Shown: positions 1-12,592 of the stretch, piece by piece | How the letters are laid out: each line of letters starts with the position of its first letter | Position numbering within the stretch: position 1 is the stretch's first letter | Source: Candidatus Daviesbacteria bacterium | GTDB lineage: Bacteria; Patescibacteriota; Microgenomatia; Daviesbacterales; UBA10151 | Assembly: GCA_016432425.1 (NCBI GenBank) | Contig: CP066688.1 | Span: 343,398 to 407,397 of the forward strand | Length of the DNA: 64,000 bases | Direction: 5' to 3' | Notes under the pieces: generated by a model | Told to the model about the DNA's origin: nothing | Database searches by the model: none | The model's input: only the letters and a program-made list of their open reading frames with translations | Program-made: the position numbers and the translations under genes

Positions 1-1
1 T

Positions 2-250
2 CCGGTTTGGGCAGACCGGGGACATTTACATCACCATCTGTTAAATTTAAAGTTATCCCATCAGCAAATTGCTCTTTTCTATATGATCGGCGGAGTAATT
101 TTAGGAACAGTTGCCTTAAATTTAAATAGCACCCAAAAGTTGTTTACAGCTGTGGGTTTGGGTACAATTATCTTAGGCGGCATTTTATGGTTGAATTTAT
201 TTGGGGGTTTATCAGAGCACTCAGACCCAGACAATGGGTAAAAAACTTCG
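2..250 (+). CDS. partial ORF (C-terminal end of a membrane protein, 5' truncated by window edge); overlaps start of next gene
   Basis: Open frame from window edge to stop at 250; hydrophobic Gly-rich translation (…MIGGVILGTVALNLN…GLGTIILGGILWL…); no family recognised. Confidence 0.2.
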
Positions 251-1119
251 CTCTTTTTGCGGCTTTAATTTTTGCCGGAGAATTATTTGACCCTCTTAAC
301 CAATTTAGAGCCCTGCAAGCTTTCTTACTTTTCTGTGGATTTTCTTCTGCCAGTTATTTATTAAACGATGTTTTCGATATCGAAAGAGACAAACTCCATC
401 CTTTCAAAAAAAGACGACCCGTAGCCTCCGGGCTTATCCCGCCTCTGGTGGCAGTAGCAGCAGCTCTGGGTTTGATCGTGGTACTTTTGCCTACCGCCTA
501 TAATTTATCAGTCGCTTTCTTTTTGGCTTCAGTGTCATATTTAATTTTGCAACTGTTTTATTCTGCTTACCTTAAACAAGTTATTCTACTGGATATTATG
601 GCCATTGCCGCCGGTTTTGTCTTGCGGGTTTATGCCGGAGTCTGGGCCATTGATGCTCATTTAAATGTCTGGTTCCTGCTTTCCGTCTCCTCTTTTGCCC
701 TTTTTTTGGCTATTGGGAAAAGGCGCTCGGAGCTAACTTTAATGCAGTCCCAAGCTTCCCGACACCGGGAAACACTACTCCATTATCCGGAAAGTTTGTT
801 GGATATTTTAACTTCCATGTTTGCCAACTCAGCTTGGTTAACCTATGCTTTTTTTGCTTTTTTACAACCCCCCATAATTACCCGCCATACCATTACTCTA
901 TTTTTAGGAGGATTAAACTTACCTTTTGGTCAAGCTAAATTTTTAATGGCCACTGTCCCCATAGTTATTTACGGGGTGATGCGTTATCTCTATATTATCT
1001 ATGAGAAAAAAGAGGGTGAATCGCCGGAGCGCGTTTTGGTCACTGACCGACCCTTACTTATTTCTGTTATTGTTTGGCTGGTTTTCGTCATCGGGATTAT
1101 TTATTACTTAGGGGTGTGA
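187..1119 (+). CDS. UbiA-family prenyltransferase (decaprenyl-phosphate phosphoribosyltransferase-like)
   Basis: N-terminal RPRQWVKN and Asp-rich NDVFDIERDK motif typical of UbiA superfamily; multiple TM segments. Confidence 0.65.
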   Translation: MVEFIWGFIRALRPRQWVKNFALFAALIFAGELFDPLNQFRALQAFLLFCGFSSASYLLNDVFDIERDKLHPFKKRRPVASGLIPPLVAVAAALGLIVVLLPTAYNLSVAFFLASVSYLILQLFYSAYLKQVILLDIMAIAAGFVLRVYAGVWAIDAHLNVWFLLSVSSFALFLAIGKRRSELTLMQSQASRHRETLLHYPESLLDILTSMFANSAWLTYAFFAFLQPPIITRHTITLFLGGLNLPFGQAKFLMATVPIVIYGVMRYLYIIYEKKEGESPERVLVTDRPLLISVIVWLVFVIGIIYYLGV

Positions 1120-1127
1120 GGATATTA

Positions 1128-1922
1128 CTATTTCTTTTCCACATAAGTTTTGGAAACATACCCTTCCAGGCCGGTACTGGTTTTAATCTTATCCCAGCTA
1201 GTGCTTTCTTCTACTGCCTCCAACTCATCTCCGGTATTGACTCGGCCGATTTCTTGTCCTTGTAAAGATGGTTTATCTCGCACCCGCAAAAATCCCGTGG
1301 GGGTAGTTAAAACTTTTAGCTTGATTGCCGGAGGGCTGGTGGAAACAGTGGTATTACTGACCAGATTAGTTTCTTCCAATTTTAAATCCACACTTAAAAT
1401 TAAATTAAATCTCTGGGGAACATTAGCTCGAATAGTTCTGGGCTGGTAATTTTCCTGACTAATCACAAAAGTGTGCTCTCCAGAGGGCAAATCTAGTTTT
1501 AAGGGCGTTGGCCCCACCTTTTTACCATCAATTTCCACCTGTGAAATAGTCGGAGAGGCGATTATTGTCACTCCCCGACCTTCTTCCAGAGTCAAAATTT
1601 CTCCTGCCTCACTGTCTTTATTTAACTGTCGATTAATTACTGTCAAAGTACCTGAAGTTAATTTAACTCTTCTCTGCCAGCTAGCTTCTCCCTCTTCAAT
1701 TTTGATTAAATAATCTCCGGCAGATAGATTTGTTTCTTCGTATGGACTTTCACCTTTTTTTTGATCATTGATATAAACTGTGGCTTTTTCCGGGCTAGAG
1801 AGCACTTTAACCCCAGATTTGGCCTGGAGATTAGCTACTGACAAAAAAGCTGGCCACAAAAAACGCCAAGAGACTACTAAAAAACTTAAAGTTATTAACA
1901 GCACAAAAAAAGTTTTCTTCAT
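1128..1922 (-). CDS. secreted PEGA-domain protein
   Basis: N-terminal signal/TM (FFVLLITLSFLVV); two PEGA-like repeats (…VEIDGKKVGPTPLKLDLPSGEHTF…, …VYINDQKKGESPYEETNLSAGDYLIKI…). Confidence 0.5.
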   Translation of the reverse strand: MKKTFFVLLITLSFLVVSWRFLWPAFLSVANLQAKSGVKVLSSPEKATVYINDQKKGESPYEETNLSAGDYLIKIEEGEASWQRRVKLTSGTLTVINRQLNKDSEAGEILTLEEGRGVTIIASPTISQVEIDGKKVGPTPLKLDLPSGEHTFVISQENYQPRTIRANVPQRFNLILSVDLKLEETNLVSNTTVSTSPPAIKLKVLTTPTGFLRVRDKPSLQGQEIGRVNTGDELEAVEESTSWDKIKTSTGLEGYVSKTYVEKK

Positions 1923-2024
1923 TTAATGATTATACCCCAATTTTTAGGGTTTATATTTTGACTTTTGGGCATTTTTTTGCTATAATACGCCCTTGTTTGT
2001 ACTTACATTAAGCACAAACACACT

Positions 2025-2759
2025 TTGAAAATTTTGAGGCATAACCTGCTGCCTAAGAAACTTACAGATAGGGATGCCCTAACTCTGAAGTTTTCTAACA
2101 TCAAGCCAAGGTTTACATTCAAGGGGTTTAAGCGGCTTAATAATATTAAAATTAAATTACCAATTACAGGAACACTATTAGTCCTTTTTTTATTGGGTTA
2201 TTTCCCCACTCCCACTTTTCCGCCCACTATCAAACAGGCTAGTGTTTTGGCCCAAAATTCTCAAACCGCTCAAGTATTGCCCGCCCAGCTGCCTTTTAGT
2301 GTACAACTGCCTCATCCAGGATATTTATCTACTAGATTTTCTCGCTACCACCCGGGTATTGATTTGGCCACCGGTTATGGTATGCCCATTCATTCCATTG
2401 GTGAAGGACTGGTCATTGAGGCCAATTTTTCTTTCTGGGGCTATGGGAACCATGTGGTCATTTCTCATCCAGGTGGTTATAAATCACTTTATGCCCATTT
2501 GGCCAAAATTTATGTCAACTCAGGCCAGCAGGTGGACCAAAACAGTATTTTAGGGCTGGTGGGATTAACCGGCCACACCAGTGGTTCCCATACCCATCTG
2601 GAGGTAACTAAAGACAGTCAGTACTTGGATCCTTTAACTATCTTACCGCCGGTGCAGGATTATCCTTCAATAGAATTTTTAGAGTCAGTGGGAGGAAATG
2701 TCATGGATGTTCCAGACCAAAACAAACCCTTGAGCAAAAACCTACAACCTGAATTTTAA
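2025..2759 (+). CDS. M23/LytM family metallopeptidase
   Basis: HPGIDLA (HxxxD) and HTHLEV (HxH) motifs, GYGNHVVISH…YAHL core; N-terminal TM anchor. Confidence 0.8.
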   Translation: MKILRHNLLPKKLTDRDALTLKFSNIKPRFTFKGFKRLNNIKIKLPITGTLLVLFLLGYFPTPTFPPTIKQASVLAQNSQTAQVLPAQLPFSVQLPHPGYLSTRFSRYHPGIDLATGYGMPIHSIGEGLVIEANFSFWGYGNHVVISHPGGYKSLYAHLAKIYVNSGQQVDQNSILGLVGLTGHTSGSHTHLEVTKDSQYLDPLTILPPVQDYPSIEFLESVGGNVMDVPDQNKPLSKNLQPEF

Positions 2760-3349
2760 TCTAAAATTTCACCTTCCACAGCGGAAACTGACACCGACCT
2801 CAAACCTAAACCTTCCCGCTCCCGGTTAATCAGCCGCTCCAGTAAATTTTTTATTTCCAGCGGGTAATCAACGCTTTCCAAAATAATTTCGCCTTTGTTT
2901 AATCCAGCCGTATTAATAATAATATTGCCGTGGTGCAGGAGAATCCGGTCAATAAAAGATTGGTCCACCTCCAGGTGAGTAATTTTATCAAATAAAGCAG
3001 CAGTTAATTTGACATTAAATAAACCCTTTTTAATAATTACTCTTTTGGTAGTTAAAAGATAGCGGTGGGAATGGTACAAATGTATGCTGTGAAGTAGCGT
3101 GACCAGCAAATCTACCATTATTCCGGCAATAACAGCCAGTATTTTATCAACCCCTAAGATCATGACTGCCCCGGCCCCGGCAGCTAGAAATAAAATTCCG
3201 GGGAATAAAAAGAAAACCAGGAATTTATTTCGCAAGTAAGCGTTGGATAACCCCGTTACTAACACTAATTCTTCATCTTCTGATAAATAAGGGGCAAAAG
3301 CCTTTTTTTGACCGAAGGTAGGTGACTCGCGGTAATGAAACTTGGCCAT
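2756..3349 (-). CDS. membrane protein with bacterial PH domain (bPH_2/YdbS-like)
   Basis: Two N-terminal TM helices followed by YLLTTKRVIIKKGLF…ITHLEVDQSFIDRILLHHGNIIINTAG pattern typical of DUF304/bPH_2. Confidence 0.5.
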   Translation of the reverse strand: MAKFHYRESPTFGQKKAFAPYLSEDEELVLVTGLSNAYLRNKFLVFFLFPGILFLAAGAGAVMILGVDKILAVIAGIMVDLLVTLLHSIHLYHSHRYLLTTKRVIIKKGLFNVKLTAALFDKITHLEVDQSFIDRILLHHGNIIINTAGLNKGEIILESVDYPLEIKNLLERLINREREGLGLRSVSVSAVEGEILD

Positions 3350-3377
3350 TAAAAATATTGTAACAGATATTTAGTCT

Positions 3378-5434
<2,057 letters not shown>

Positions 5435-5630
5435 ATTTTTATCCTTTTTTACCTTGTCATTCCTGCGAATGCAGGAATCTAATTAAAATCCTATCTCAAA
5501 TAGTTTATTGGATCCCGACATTCGTCGGGATGACAGATAACGTCATTCCAATATTGCCATTAAGTCTTCAATCCTTCGATTTCACTCAGGATGACAATTT
5601 GTGTTGGCAATTTTACACAAATTGTCAACT
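5435..5630. repeat. cluster of short inverted repeats/hairpins in groES-groEL spacer
   Basis: attcctgc-gaat-gcaggaat (8-bp stem), tcccgac-attc-gtcggga (7-bp stem), acaatttgtgt…acacaaattgt (11-bp stem); repeated gtcattcc / ggatgaca words. Confidence 0.5.
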
Positions 5631-5918
5631 TCATTCAATTATTGCCATGAGATCATCGAATTTCACTAACTTATATTCCACCCCATCTATTTTTATCTCA
5701 TCTCCACCCCATTTTTTATAAATTACTACCTCCCCTACCCTGACCGGAGAATTTTCTGCCACTGCCAAAACTTTTCCCTGGGCGGGTTTTTCTTGAGCTG
5801 ATTCAGGCAGAATGATACCAGAGGTAGTTTGAGTCTCTGCCTCCAATGGCTCTACCAAACAATAACCCATTAAAGGTCTCACTTTAATTTTAGTCTCTAT
5901 TTTTTTTGTTTTTGGCAT
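5631..5918 (-). CDS. groS: co-chaperonin GroES (10 kDa)
   Basis: IKVRPLMGYCLVEPLEAETQTTSGIILPESAQEKPAQGKVLAV…; start probably MPKTKK (track ORF to 5948). Confidence 0.9.
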   Translation of the reverse strand: MPKTKKIETKIKVRPLMGYCLVEPLEAETQTTSGIILPESAQEKPAQGKVLAVAENSPVRVGEVVIYKKWGGDEIKIDGVEYKLVKFDDLMAIIE

Positions 5919-6029
5919 GAACTTAAATCGGGGTAGCCCTTCGGCCATAAAATATACCCAAATTAGTTAGTAAAGTCAAGTAGTAGCCTAAGCTGACAAA
6001 TAAGTATTGATCTAGTATGATAAGCCCAC

Positions 6030-7724
6030 ATGAAATTCAAATTAGCAGCCGCCCTGGCAGGGCTTTTAATAATCACTTATGAGGTAATTTTTGCTGACAA
6101 ATTTTATCCCCGTACTTTTGTAGGGGAGGTGGAAATTACCGGTCGGACTGTGCCCCAAGTCCAGCAACTTTTATCAGAGCATCTTGAGTCCCGATTAAAT
6201 AATAAATTAGATTTTGTTTACCAGAATAAAACTTACAGTGTCGATTTAGCCAAAGCCGCAGTCAGCCTTAACTCTCAACAGTTGATGGAAGAAATTTCTC
6301 CCCTTGGCCACCAAGGTTCATTTTGGCAGCGTCTCAGCTTCCAACTGCTAAATTTAGTTCAACCGACCAAATATCAACCCCAACTTTCTTTGTCTATTGA
6401 TGACCAAGTAAACCTAATTGGGGGGCAAATTTATCAAGCCCCAATACAAATCCAACTTAACTTAAATGACGCCAATCAAATAGAAATTAAAGCCGGCCAA
6501 GACGGCTTAAGTTTAGACCGGGAGCAGCTAATTTTTCAAATCACCCGTTATTTAATCTCCGGAAATTATGACAACAATTTGCCGGTAAAAACTCTGCCTC
6601 CGGACTTATCCACTCGAAAGGCCGAGCAGTTAAAAAATTTATTAGAAAACTTAAAGGAAAATCCCCTGATCTTAACTTTTGAAAAACTGACTTGGAAACT
6701 GGACCAAAAAACCATTTTTTCTTTACTTGATTTATCATCCTCTGAAGATTTGCTTAATCCGGATAAGTTGAAAATTTATCTGTCTAATGAGGTGGCTAAA
6801 AAAATTGACCAGCCAGTCATCGAAGCCCTTTTTAGTTTTGATGTTCAAAGCCGCCGGGTGACCGCTTTTAAGCCAGCCCAAAATGGGCAACTATTGGACC
6901 AAAAACAGACCGGACAGTTGATTGTTTTGGCTCTGCAAAATATCCGCCCCCATACCATCAGCTTACCGGTCACTATCACCACTCCGAAAATTACTACCAG
7001 TGATGTTAACGACTTGGGGATTAAGCAGTTGATCGGCCAAGGAGTCTCCCATTTTGGAGGTTCTATCCCCAACCGGATTTATAATGTTAATTTAACTGCC
7101 AATAAATTAAACGGAGCCCTAATCCCCCCCGGCCAAATTTTTTCTTTTAACCAAACTGTCGGCGATATCACCGCTGCCACCGGTTTTAAACAAGCTTATG
7201 TGATCAAAGAGGGGAGGACTGTTTTGGATGATGGCGGAGGAGTTTGCCAGGATTCTACTACTCTTTTTCGGGCAGTCTTAAATGCCGGCCTGCCGGTGAT
7301 TAAAAGAACTGCCCATGCTTACCGGGTGGGTTATTATGAGCAGGGTTTCCCTCCTGGATTGGATGCGACGGTTTTTTACCCCAGCGTGGATTTTCAGTTT
7401 AAAAATGACACTCCGGGATACATTTTAATCCAGGCTTATACTCAGGGTTTAACTTTATATGTGGATTTATATGGCAGTTCTGATGGCCGAATAGCCAGTT
7501 TGTCTACCCCGGTCATTACCAACCAAACCCCACCACCACCGGAACTGCGCCAAGATGACCATACTTTACCCAAGGGCACAGTTAAACAGGTAGACTGGTC
7601 CGCTTGGGGAGCAACTGTCACCTTTGGCAGGACTGTTACCAGAAATGGGGTCATTATCATTAATGAAACTTGGAAATCCAACTATAAAACCTGGCAGGCA
7701 GTTTATCTTGTGGGAACCCAATAA
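6030..7724 (+). CDS. VanW-family protein with N-terminal TM anchor and C-terminal G5-like domain
   Basis: VanW core …IPPGQIFSFNQTVGDITAATGFKQAYVIKEGRTVLDDGGGVCQDSTTLFRAVLNAGLPV…. Confidence 0.7.
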   Translation: MKFKLAAALAGLLIITYEVIFADKFYPRTFVGEVEITGRTVPQVQQLLSEHLESRLNNKLDFVYQNKTYSVDLAKAAVSLNSQQLMEEISPLGHQGSFWQRLSFQLLNLVQPTKYQPQLSLSIDDQVNLIGGQIYQAPIQIQLNLNDANQIEIKAGQDGLSLDREQLIFQITRYLISGNYDNNLPVKTLPPDLSTRKAEQLKNLLENLKENPLILTFEKLTWKLDQKTIFSLLDLSSSEDLLNPDKLKIYLSNEVAKKIDQPVIEALFSFDVQSRRVTAFKPAQNGQLLDQKQTGQLIVLALQNIRPHTISLPVTITTPKITTSDVNDLGIKQLIGQGVSHFGGSIPNRIYNVNLTANKLNGALIPPGQIFSFNQTVGDITAATGFKQAYVIKEGRTVLDDGGGVCQDSTTLFRAVLNAGLPVIKRTAHAYRVGYYEQGFPPGLDATVFYPSVDFQFKNDTPGYILIQAYTQGLTLYVDLYGSSDGRIASLSTPVITNQTPPPPELRQDDHTLPKGTVKQVDWSAWGATVTFGRTVTRNGVIIINETWKSNYKTWQAVYLVGTQ

Positions 7725-7762
7725 AATTGGCAATCTCTTGGTTTATAAGTTCAATGAGTTAT

Positions 7763-10210
7763 TTACTTTTTAATTACACCCTCTTGTTCCAAATGCTGCC
7801 TCATGTGCTGGTCTAAAACCTCCCTCTCCTGCGGAGTTAACTCCAGTTCAGCTAGGCTGGGCTGGCCAGGGGCTACCAAAACTCGTTTTACACCTGGTTG
7901 GTAACTAACCAAAGCAGAAAAAGGTAAAGTAATTATGGCTGTATCCTTTTGTCCTTGGGAGTAAAGATAATTAAGATAAGAACGGGTAATTGTGGTATAT
8001 CTAGTATCACTTCCTCTAGTAACCCTCAAGAAGGCTGAGTATCCAACACCATTTCTATTGAAAATACTGCTGGCCTTTCCTAACCATATTTCACCCATTT
8101 GATCAGTTGAACCCACCAATGGATTGGAGTTAGGAATAATAAATCTGCTGTTAGATTTATCCCAGGTCTGGGAAAAAACCTCTACAGTAATACCTTTTAG
8201 GGGTGAATTTGTGACGGAGTCTACAATTTTTAACCTAATCTCGGTAGGAACATATTGAATTGGTTGCTTCTCAAAATCTAAATAGGTACTGATAGGTATT
8301 TTAGTAACACCATTAGTATAAATCGGAGATATTAAGGAAAATTGAGAATATAGTAGATTAACCCACATCACATCCTTGATATAAGCTGTTATACCAATAT
8401 GAACTGGCTGTTTGGTTTTTGGATCTAATACATAATTAAAATTAGGATCAATATCTTCCCAATAATAATCCGGCAGATTAAAAATGTGACCTAACTCATG
8501 AGTTAACAACTGTTCATCCAGTTGAGAAAAAGGTTCACTGTTTAATCCAGGATAGGCTGGTAAGGTTATTAAAACTCTACCCTCATTCGGAAATGCTCTG
8601 CCCCCCTGGAAAAAAGCGTCTCTGGGATTAAATAACCAAACCTTAATTTTGCCGTCTTTACTGATACACCTAGTACTATCAGAATAGGTTCTTTTCTCTG
8701 TACCTGCAGGACAATTCTCTATGTTTTTAAGATAAGAATTATTCGTAAAAATTTTATCAACTTTCAGTCTTTCAGTAATACCAGCACCGGCAAAACGGTC
8801 ATTAACATAGTTATTAATTGTGTCTTTAACCCATACAGCTGTTTCCTCCTGATTAGATAAACCTTGATCAATAAAAACATCTACTAAAAATTCATTTTTA
8901 CTGGCAGGAGTCTGACTTTCTGTAGGACGGATTAGAGTAATATCTGCAGTAGCATCTTTAAAACTATCCCCACCATCAGAAAAAGTCACTCTTACGCTAC
9001 GCTTAACACTAGCCTGATCTGTACCTAACTCATTCAGCCGCCAAGGGATTAAAGTTGTAATATATGTACCAAGATTATTTTCAACATGAAGAGGGTCTAA
9101 ACCTCCCCTACTATTATCCTCATCGTCATTTTTAATATCTATACTTTGTAAGACAGGCCTAACCGAAATACTGGTCTGACACTCCCAATTATAATTTGGG
9201 TCTTGTTTGCTGGTGGCTGTAAATTTGACAGAATGATCACCTCCTGCTGTATATGTGTGAACGGAATTACCTCTAAAATCAAGGGCTCCTGTCTCCTTCT
9301 TAGTCCCATCACCATAATCTATATTCCATACAGCATCCCCAGGGTGATTAACAATATCTTTTGTCGGAGAAACAGAAAAAGTAATATTCAAAGGGGCTTT
9401 ACCAGAATTAGGATTGGCTGTTAAAGTACAACTTTTAGCCATTGCTGCTCGATTTGGTAAATTGGTAGCAGAATTGGCGCAGGAATTACATTTATAACTA
9501 TTCAAACCGCTGCAGTAGGGATTATCCTTAGCATAGCAATTAAAAGTGGTCTCGGAGGTAGCTCCCGGCTGCCGGCAAGGACTTAAATCACAAGTATCAT
9601 AGGTTTGCTGATCACAAGTAGGCACTGCTGGACACTCACCACAGCTATCTTTGCAACTGGGCGCTGACTGTAAAGTAGTACCGCTTTTGGCCGGGCAATC
9701 ATAATTAAAATCATTGCTATCTCTACCACTAATACAAGTATTCTCAGCTCTTGAGTAAAAACAACGGAATTTAGTGCCACCTGTTTTACACAAAGTATTA
9801 TCTAAGTTACTACCTCCAGCATTATCAATACACCGATCATAGGTAGTGCTACCAAAAGTTACTGTAGTACCATCTCCAGATTGTGGGCATACTTCCTGGG
9901 CATAGACTTCTTTTACTATTCCCTGGCTGGGATAAGATGATGGTAGTTCCCAGCTATCTGGCAGTCTTATTTTTAAATAAACATTAGGATCAGTTGTTTG
10001 AGTAATCTTATTACCATCTTTATCTACAATTTGGATATAGTTTGTCTCGGAGGCCTTAGGTAATAAATTAGTCCTGTTTTGGACTAACCAAACCCCGGCT
10101 ACTATCCCACCCAAAAGAAGCAGTAAGGGGATAATTTGGATAATACCTAACTGGTTATTTTTAAATTTAAAAAATTTCGTAGTACTTTTACTATGGAATA
10201 GTAGGCGCAA
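7763..10210 (-). CDS. large membrane-anchored Cys-rich secreted zinc metalloprotease (metzincin/snapalysin-like HExxHxxxxxD) with PKD-like domain
   Basis: N-terminal TM; ~40 Cys in mid region; PKD-like NITFSVSP…WNIDYGDGT; HELGHIFNLPDYY resembling M7 snapalysin HETGHVLGLPDHY. Confidence 0.5.
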   Translation of the reverse strand: MRLLFHSKSTTKFFKFKNNQLGIIQIIPLLLLLGGIVAGVWLVQNRTNLLPKASETNYIQIVDKDGNKITQTTDPNVYLKIRLPDSWELPSSYPSQGIVKEVYAQEVCPQSGDGTTVTFGSTTYDRCIDNAGGSNLDNTLCKTGGTKFRCFYSRAENTCISGRDSNDFNYDCPAKSGTTLQSAPSCKDSCGECPAVPTCDQQTYDTCDLSPCRQPGATSETTFNCYAKDNPYCSGLNSYKCNSCANSATNLPNRAAMAKSCTLTANPNSGKAPLNITFSVSPTKDIVNHPGDAVWNIDYGDGTKKETGALDFRGNSVHTYTAGGDHSVKFTATSKQDPNYNWECQTSISVRPVLQSIDIKNDDEDNSRGGLDPLHVENNLGTYITTLIPWRLNELGTDQASVKRSVRVTFSDGGDSFKDATADITLIRPTESQTPASKNEFLVDVFIDQGLSNQEETAVWVKDTINNYVNDRFAGAGITERLKVDKIFTNNSYLKNIENCPAGTEKRTYSDSTRCISKDGKIKVWLFNPRDAFFQGGRAFPNEGRVLITLPAYPGLNSEPFSQLDEQLLTHELGHIFNLPDYYWEDIDPNFNYVLDPKTKQPVHIGITAYIKDVMWVNLLYSQFSLISPIYTNGVTKIPISTYLDFEKQPIQYVPTEIRLKIVDSVTNSPLKGITVEVFSQTWDKSNSRFIIPNSNPLVGSTDQMGEIWLGKASSIFNRNGVGYSAFLRVTRGSDTRYTTITRSYLNYLYSQGQKDTAIITLPFSALVSYQPGVKRVLVAPGQPSLAELELTPQEREVLDQHMRQHLEQEGVIKK

Positions 10211-10259
10211 GTTGTCAAATAATTTTGACTGTCACAATATTATAGGTTATAATGTAGTT

Positions 10260-11060
10260 ATGTCTAGGGAGTATTTAATGTATCTGGGGATGGCTGCAAT
10301 TTTAACTTTTAGTGGTTGCGGCCCTAACCAGGAATCCGCCAAAGCAACAGCAACTGCTATAACCCCTCAATTTAAACCTGAGGTTGATTCATATTATCCT
10401 GAGCTAAAAGCCTTACCATTATATGCAAGCGGAGAGTTCTATACTCAGAAAACTACTAAATGGCTTAACTTTACCCGAAGAAATTTTGATCCAGCAATTG
10501 CACAAATGATCTTCAATTTTTTTGAAAAATTGGCAAATACCCAAAAAGTCCTTGAGTATAAAATAGGCGATCAGACAATACCGTTTTTCCTTGATCAAAG
10601 AGCTAGAAATCAAAGAGTATTTTTTATAGTACCTGAAAACGCCCCTCCCCCTAGCTGGCCGAATGTAACGCCTGAGGCTTCAACAACAGGTATATTTGAA
10701 AATGGCCCCTATGTAAGTATGACAAGAGTGCATAACTTAGTGAACACCTTACCTCCAAGCAGAGCATTTACAACTATTGAGACTGCTTTTAATAAATCTT
10801 TCAGCACAGAAAGCTGTCAGAGTTCATTATTAGTTCGTTCTGTATCTACAGATGCTGCCAATTTAGGACAAGAAATTATCTGCAACTCATATGGCGCTGC
10901 TTTTACTATCAGGCAAATGAGAATTCCTTACCAGGATTATCAAGATTGGGCTAAAGGTGTAAAAATCAGCAAAAATCCTTCATCTCCTTCTTATCCTCTA
11001 TATGTTCTTTCTATTGAAGACTACAACGAGATACCAATTACAGGATTAATTCTACACTAA
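10260..11060 (+). CDS. hypothetical lipoprotein
   Basis: Lipobox ILTFSGC near N-terminus; no known domain. Confidence 0.4.
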   Translation: MSREYLMYLGMAAILTFSGCGPNQESAKATATAITPQFKPEVDSYYPELKALPLYASGEFYTQKTTKWLNFTRRNFDPAIAQMIFNFFEKLANTQKVLEYKIGDQTIPFFLDQRARNQRVFFIVPENAPPPSWPNVTPEASTTGIFENGPYVSMTRVHNLVNTLPPSRAFTTIETAFNKSFSTESCQSSLLVRSVSTDAANLGQEIICNSYGAAFTIRQMRIPYQDYQDWAKGVKISKNPSSPSYPLYVLSIEDYNEIPITGLILH

Positions 11061-11269
11061 TTTAAAGCTTTGATGGTGAGCAACTTTATAGCTTTACTCT
11101 ATTGCTTCTACATCGGGGCGCATACACTTCCACCCTTGGGGTGGAATAAGCAGAGCTTGCCATCTGGTGATGGTAAGCAAAGCTTGCCTTTTTCTGATGA
11201 AAAACATAAGAGGACACCTGTGGATTTCTACTAAGTTTAAACCTGCACTCCTGGTCTGCAGGTTCAAGT

Positions 11270-12592
11270 TTAGAGATGAAGATAAACTTGCTCAACTTGA
11301 GCAAATCTATGGTAACCATTACGAGAATTCAAAGCTGCTGCTATTGATTCAGCGCAAATTCTTTTTCTAACTGCCATTTCTTCAGGTGGGAATGGGTCTG
11401 AGGGCCGCGTTAATAAGACCCCTTCGGTGCCTTCAACTATTCCACCAGATCCATTGGCCACAGCAGCATAAACAGTTAGAAAGCTTTGACCAGTTTTTTT
11501 ATCAAAGCGCATTGCCAAAGCATAAGCTAAACCATTTTTCAAACCAACAGCAGGGCCTTCTTCTTCCGGTAATATTCTATTTGCTCTATTTCTAAGGTAG
11601 TTTATCGTTTCCTCTGGATATTTCCCCGCTAAGCCTTCAATATTTCTTAAGCGTCTATCTGCAGAATAAAGGTTAGGCACTCTGGTTAAAAATTTCAAAA
11701 TAGCCTGTCTTTGCTCTGGACTCATATTAGGAGTGGTCATCGCCTCCTCTATTTGCCGATCACATTCCTCTGTGTCTTGATCAGTAAAAGTCCTAGTCAT
11801 ATCCACCGCGGTTTGATCTAAAATTTTAGCTAAAGGCTGAATCACCTCCGCATGAATACCAGGAAATCGCAGTGTCTCATCCAAAGGTTTTTTCAAAGGC
11901 ATCCTGGTACCTTTAAAACCTACTTTTGTTTGCTCTATATCCACTAAATTATCAAAAACCTGTCTATCTCCCTCAAAACCTTCTTTTATTCTATGCATCA
12001 GAATCCGACCTAGCTCAATATTATAAAATCCTCCCACCACTGAAGCTAATACTAAAGGCTGTTCTCTCTTTAAAATCTTTCTATTTGCATATTGCAAGTA
12101 ATCATCAGACAAATTTGCAAGATTAGGTAAGCCGAATTCTTGGTAGTGCAACCTGGGAATGCTTTGATAACCACTTTGCCCCCAGGAGCGGGGTGACCAG
12201 TTGTAACCAATAATAACTATTTCATTTTCCGGATCCTCCATCATCACGCTGGCAATATTCCCACAAATAAACATTACCGCCTCCCCTTCTTCTTTTGGCA
12301 ACCTTTCCGGCCCTGGGATAGCCCGATCATCCCAAGGCATAATAGTAAACTGTGAACCTCGGGTGTAACCGTTAATAGGCACAAAAAACATCCAGGGAGC
12401 CCCAGCGCAACGCATTAAAAAAGCAGCATTGGGAGCAATATTATCTCTTACATATGGACCACATAGAGTTTCTTCTGAAGTTAATTTATGCATCCTATCT
12501 GGGTTTGGGTCAAAAGGTTGAAAGGGCACGATTAACTTGGGGATCATCTGCTCTCGATGACCTGAAACTTCAGCAGTTGTCTCTAATAACAT
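11270..12592 (-). CDS. hypothetical protein (440 aa), no recognisable domain
   Basis: Long uninterrupted ORF convergent with lipoprotein gene; composition richer in CG codons than surroundings. Confidence 0.35.
   Translation of the reverse strand: MLLETTAEVSGHREQMIPKLIVPFQPFDPNPDRMHKLTSEETLCGPYVRDNIAPNAAFLMRCAGAPWMFFVPINGYTRGSQFTIMPWDDRAIPGPERLPKEEGEAVMFICGNIASVMMEDPENEIVIIGYNWSPRSWGQSGYQSIPRLHYQEFGLPNLANLSDDYLQYANRKILKREQPLVLASVVGGFYNIELGRILMHRIKEGFEGDRQVFDNLVDIEQTKVGFKGTRMPLKKPLDETLRFPGIHAEVIQPLAKILDQTAVDMTRTFTDQDTEECDRQIEEAMTTPNMSPEQRQAILKFLTRVPNLYSADRRLRNIEGLAGKYPEETINYLRNRANRILPEEEGPAVGLKNGLAYALAMRFDKKTGQSFLTVYAAVANGSGGIVEGTEGVLLTRPSDPFPPEEMAVRKRICAESIAAALNSRNGYHRFAQVEQVYLHL

Noticed and set aside
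5949-6029. Expected CIRCE (TTAGCACTC-N9-GAGTGCTAA) HrcA operator upstream of groES
   Set aside because: No match to the CIRCE consensus on either strand in the groES upstream region.
11086-11370. Small ORFs 11086..11319 (-) and 11167..11370 (+)
   Set aside because: Mutually overlapping, overlap the 3' end of the 440-aa gene, no motifs; likely spurious.
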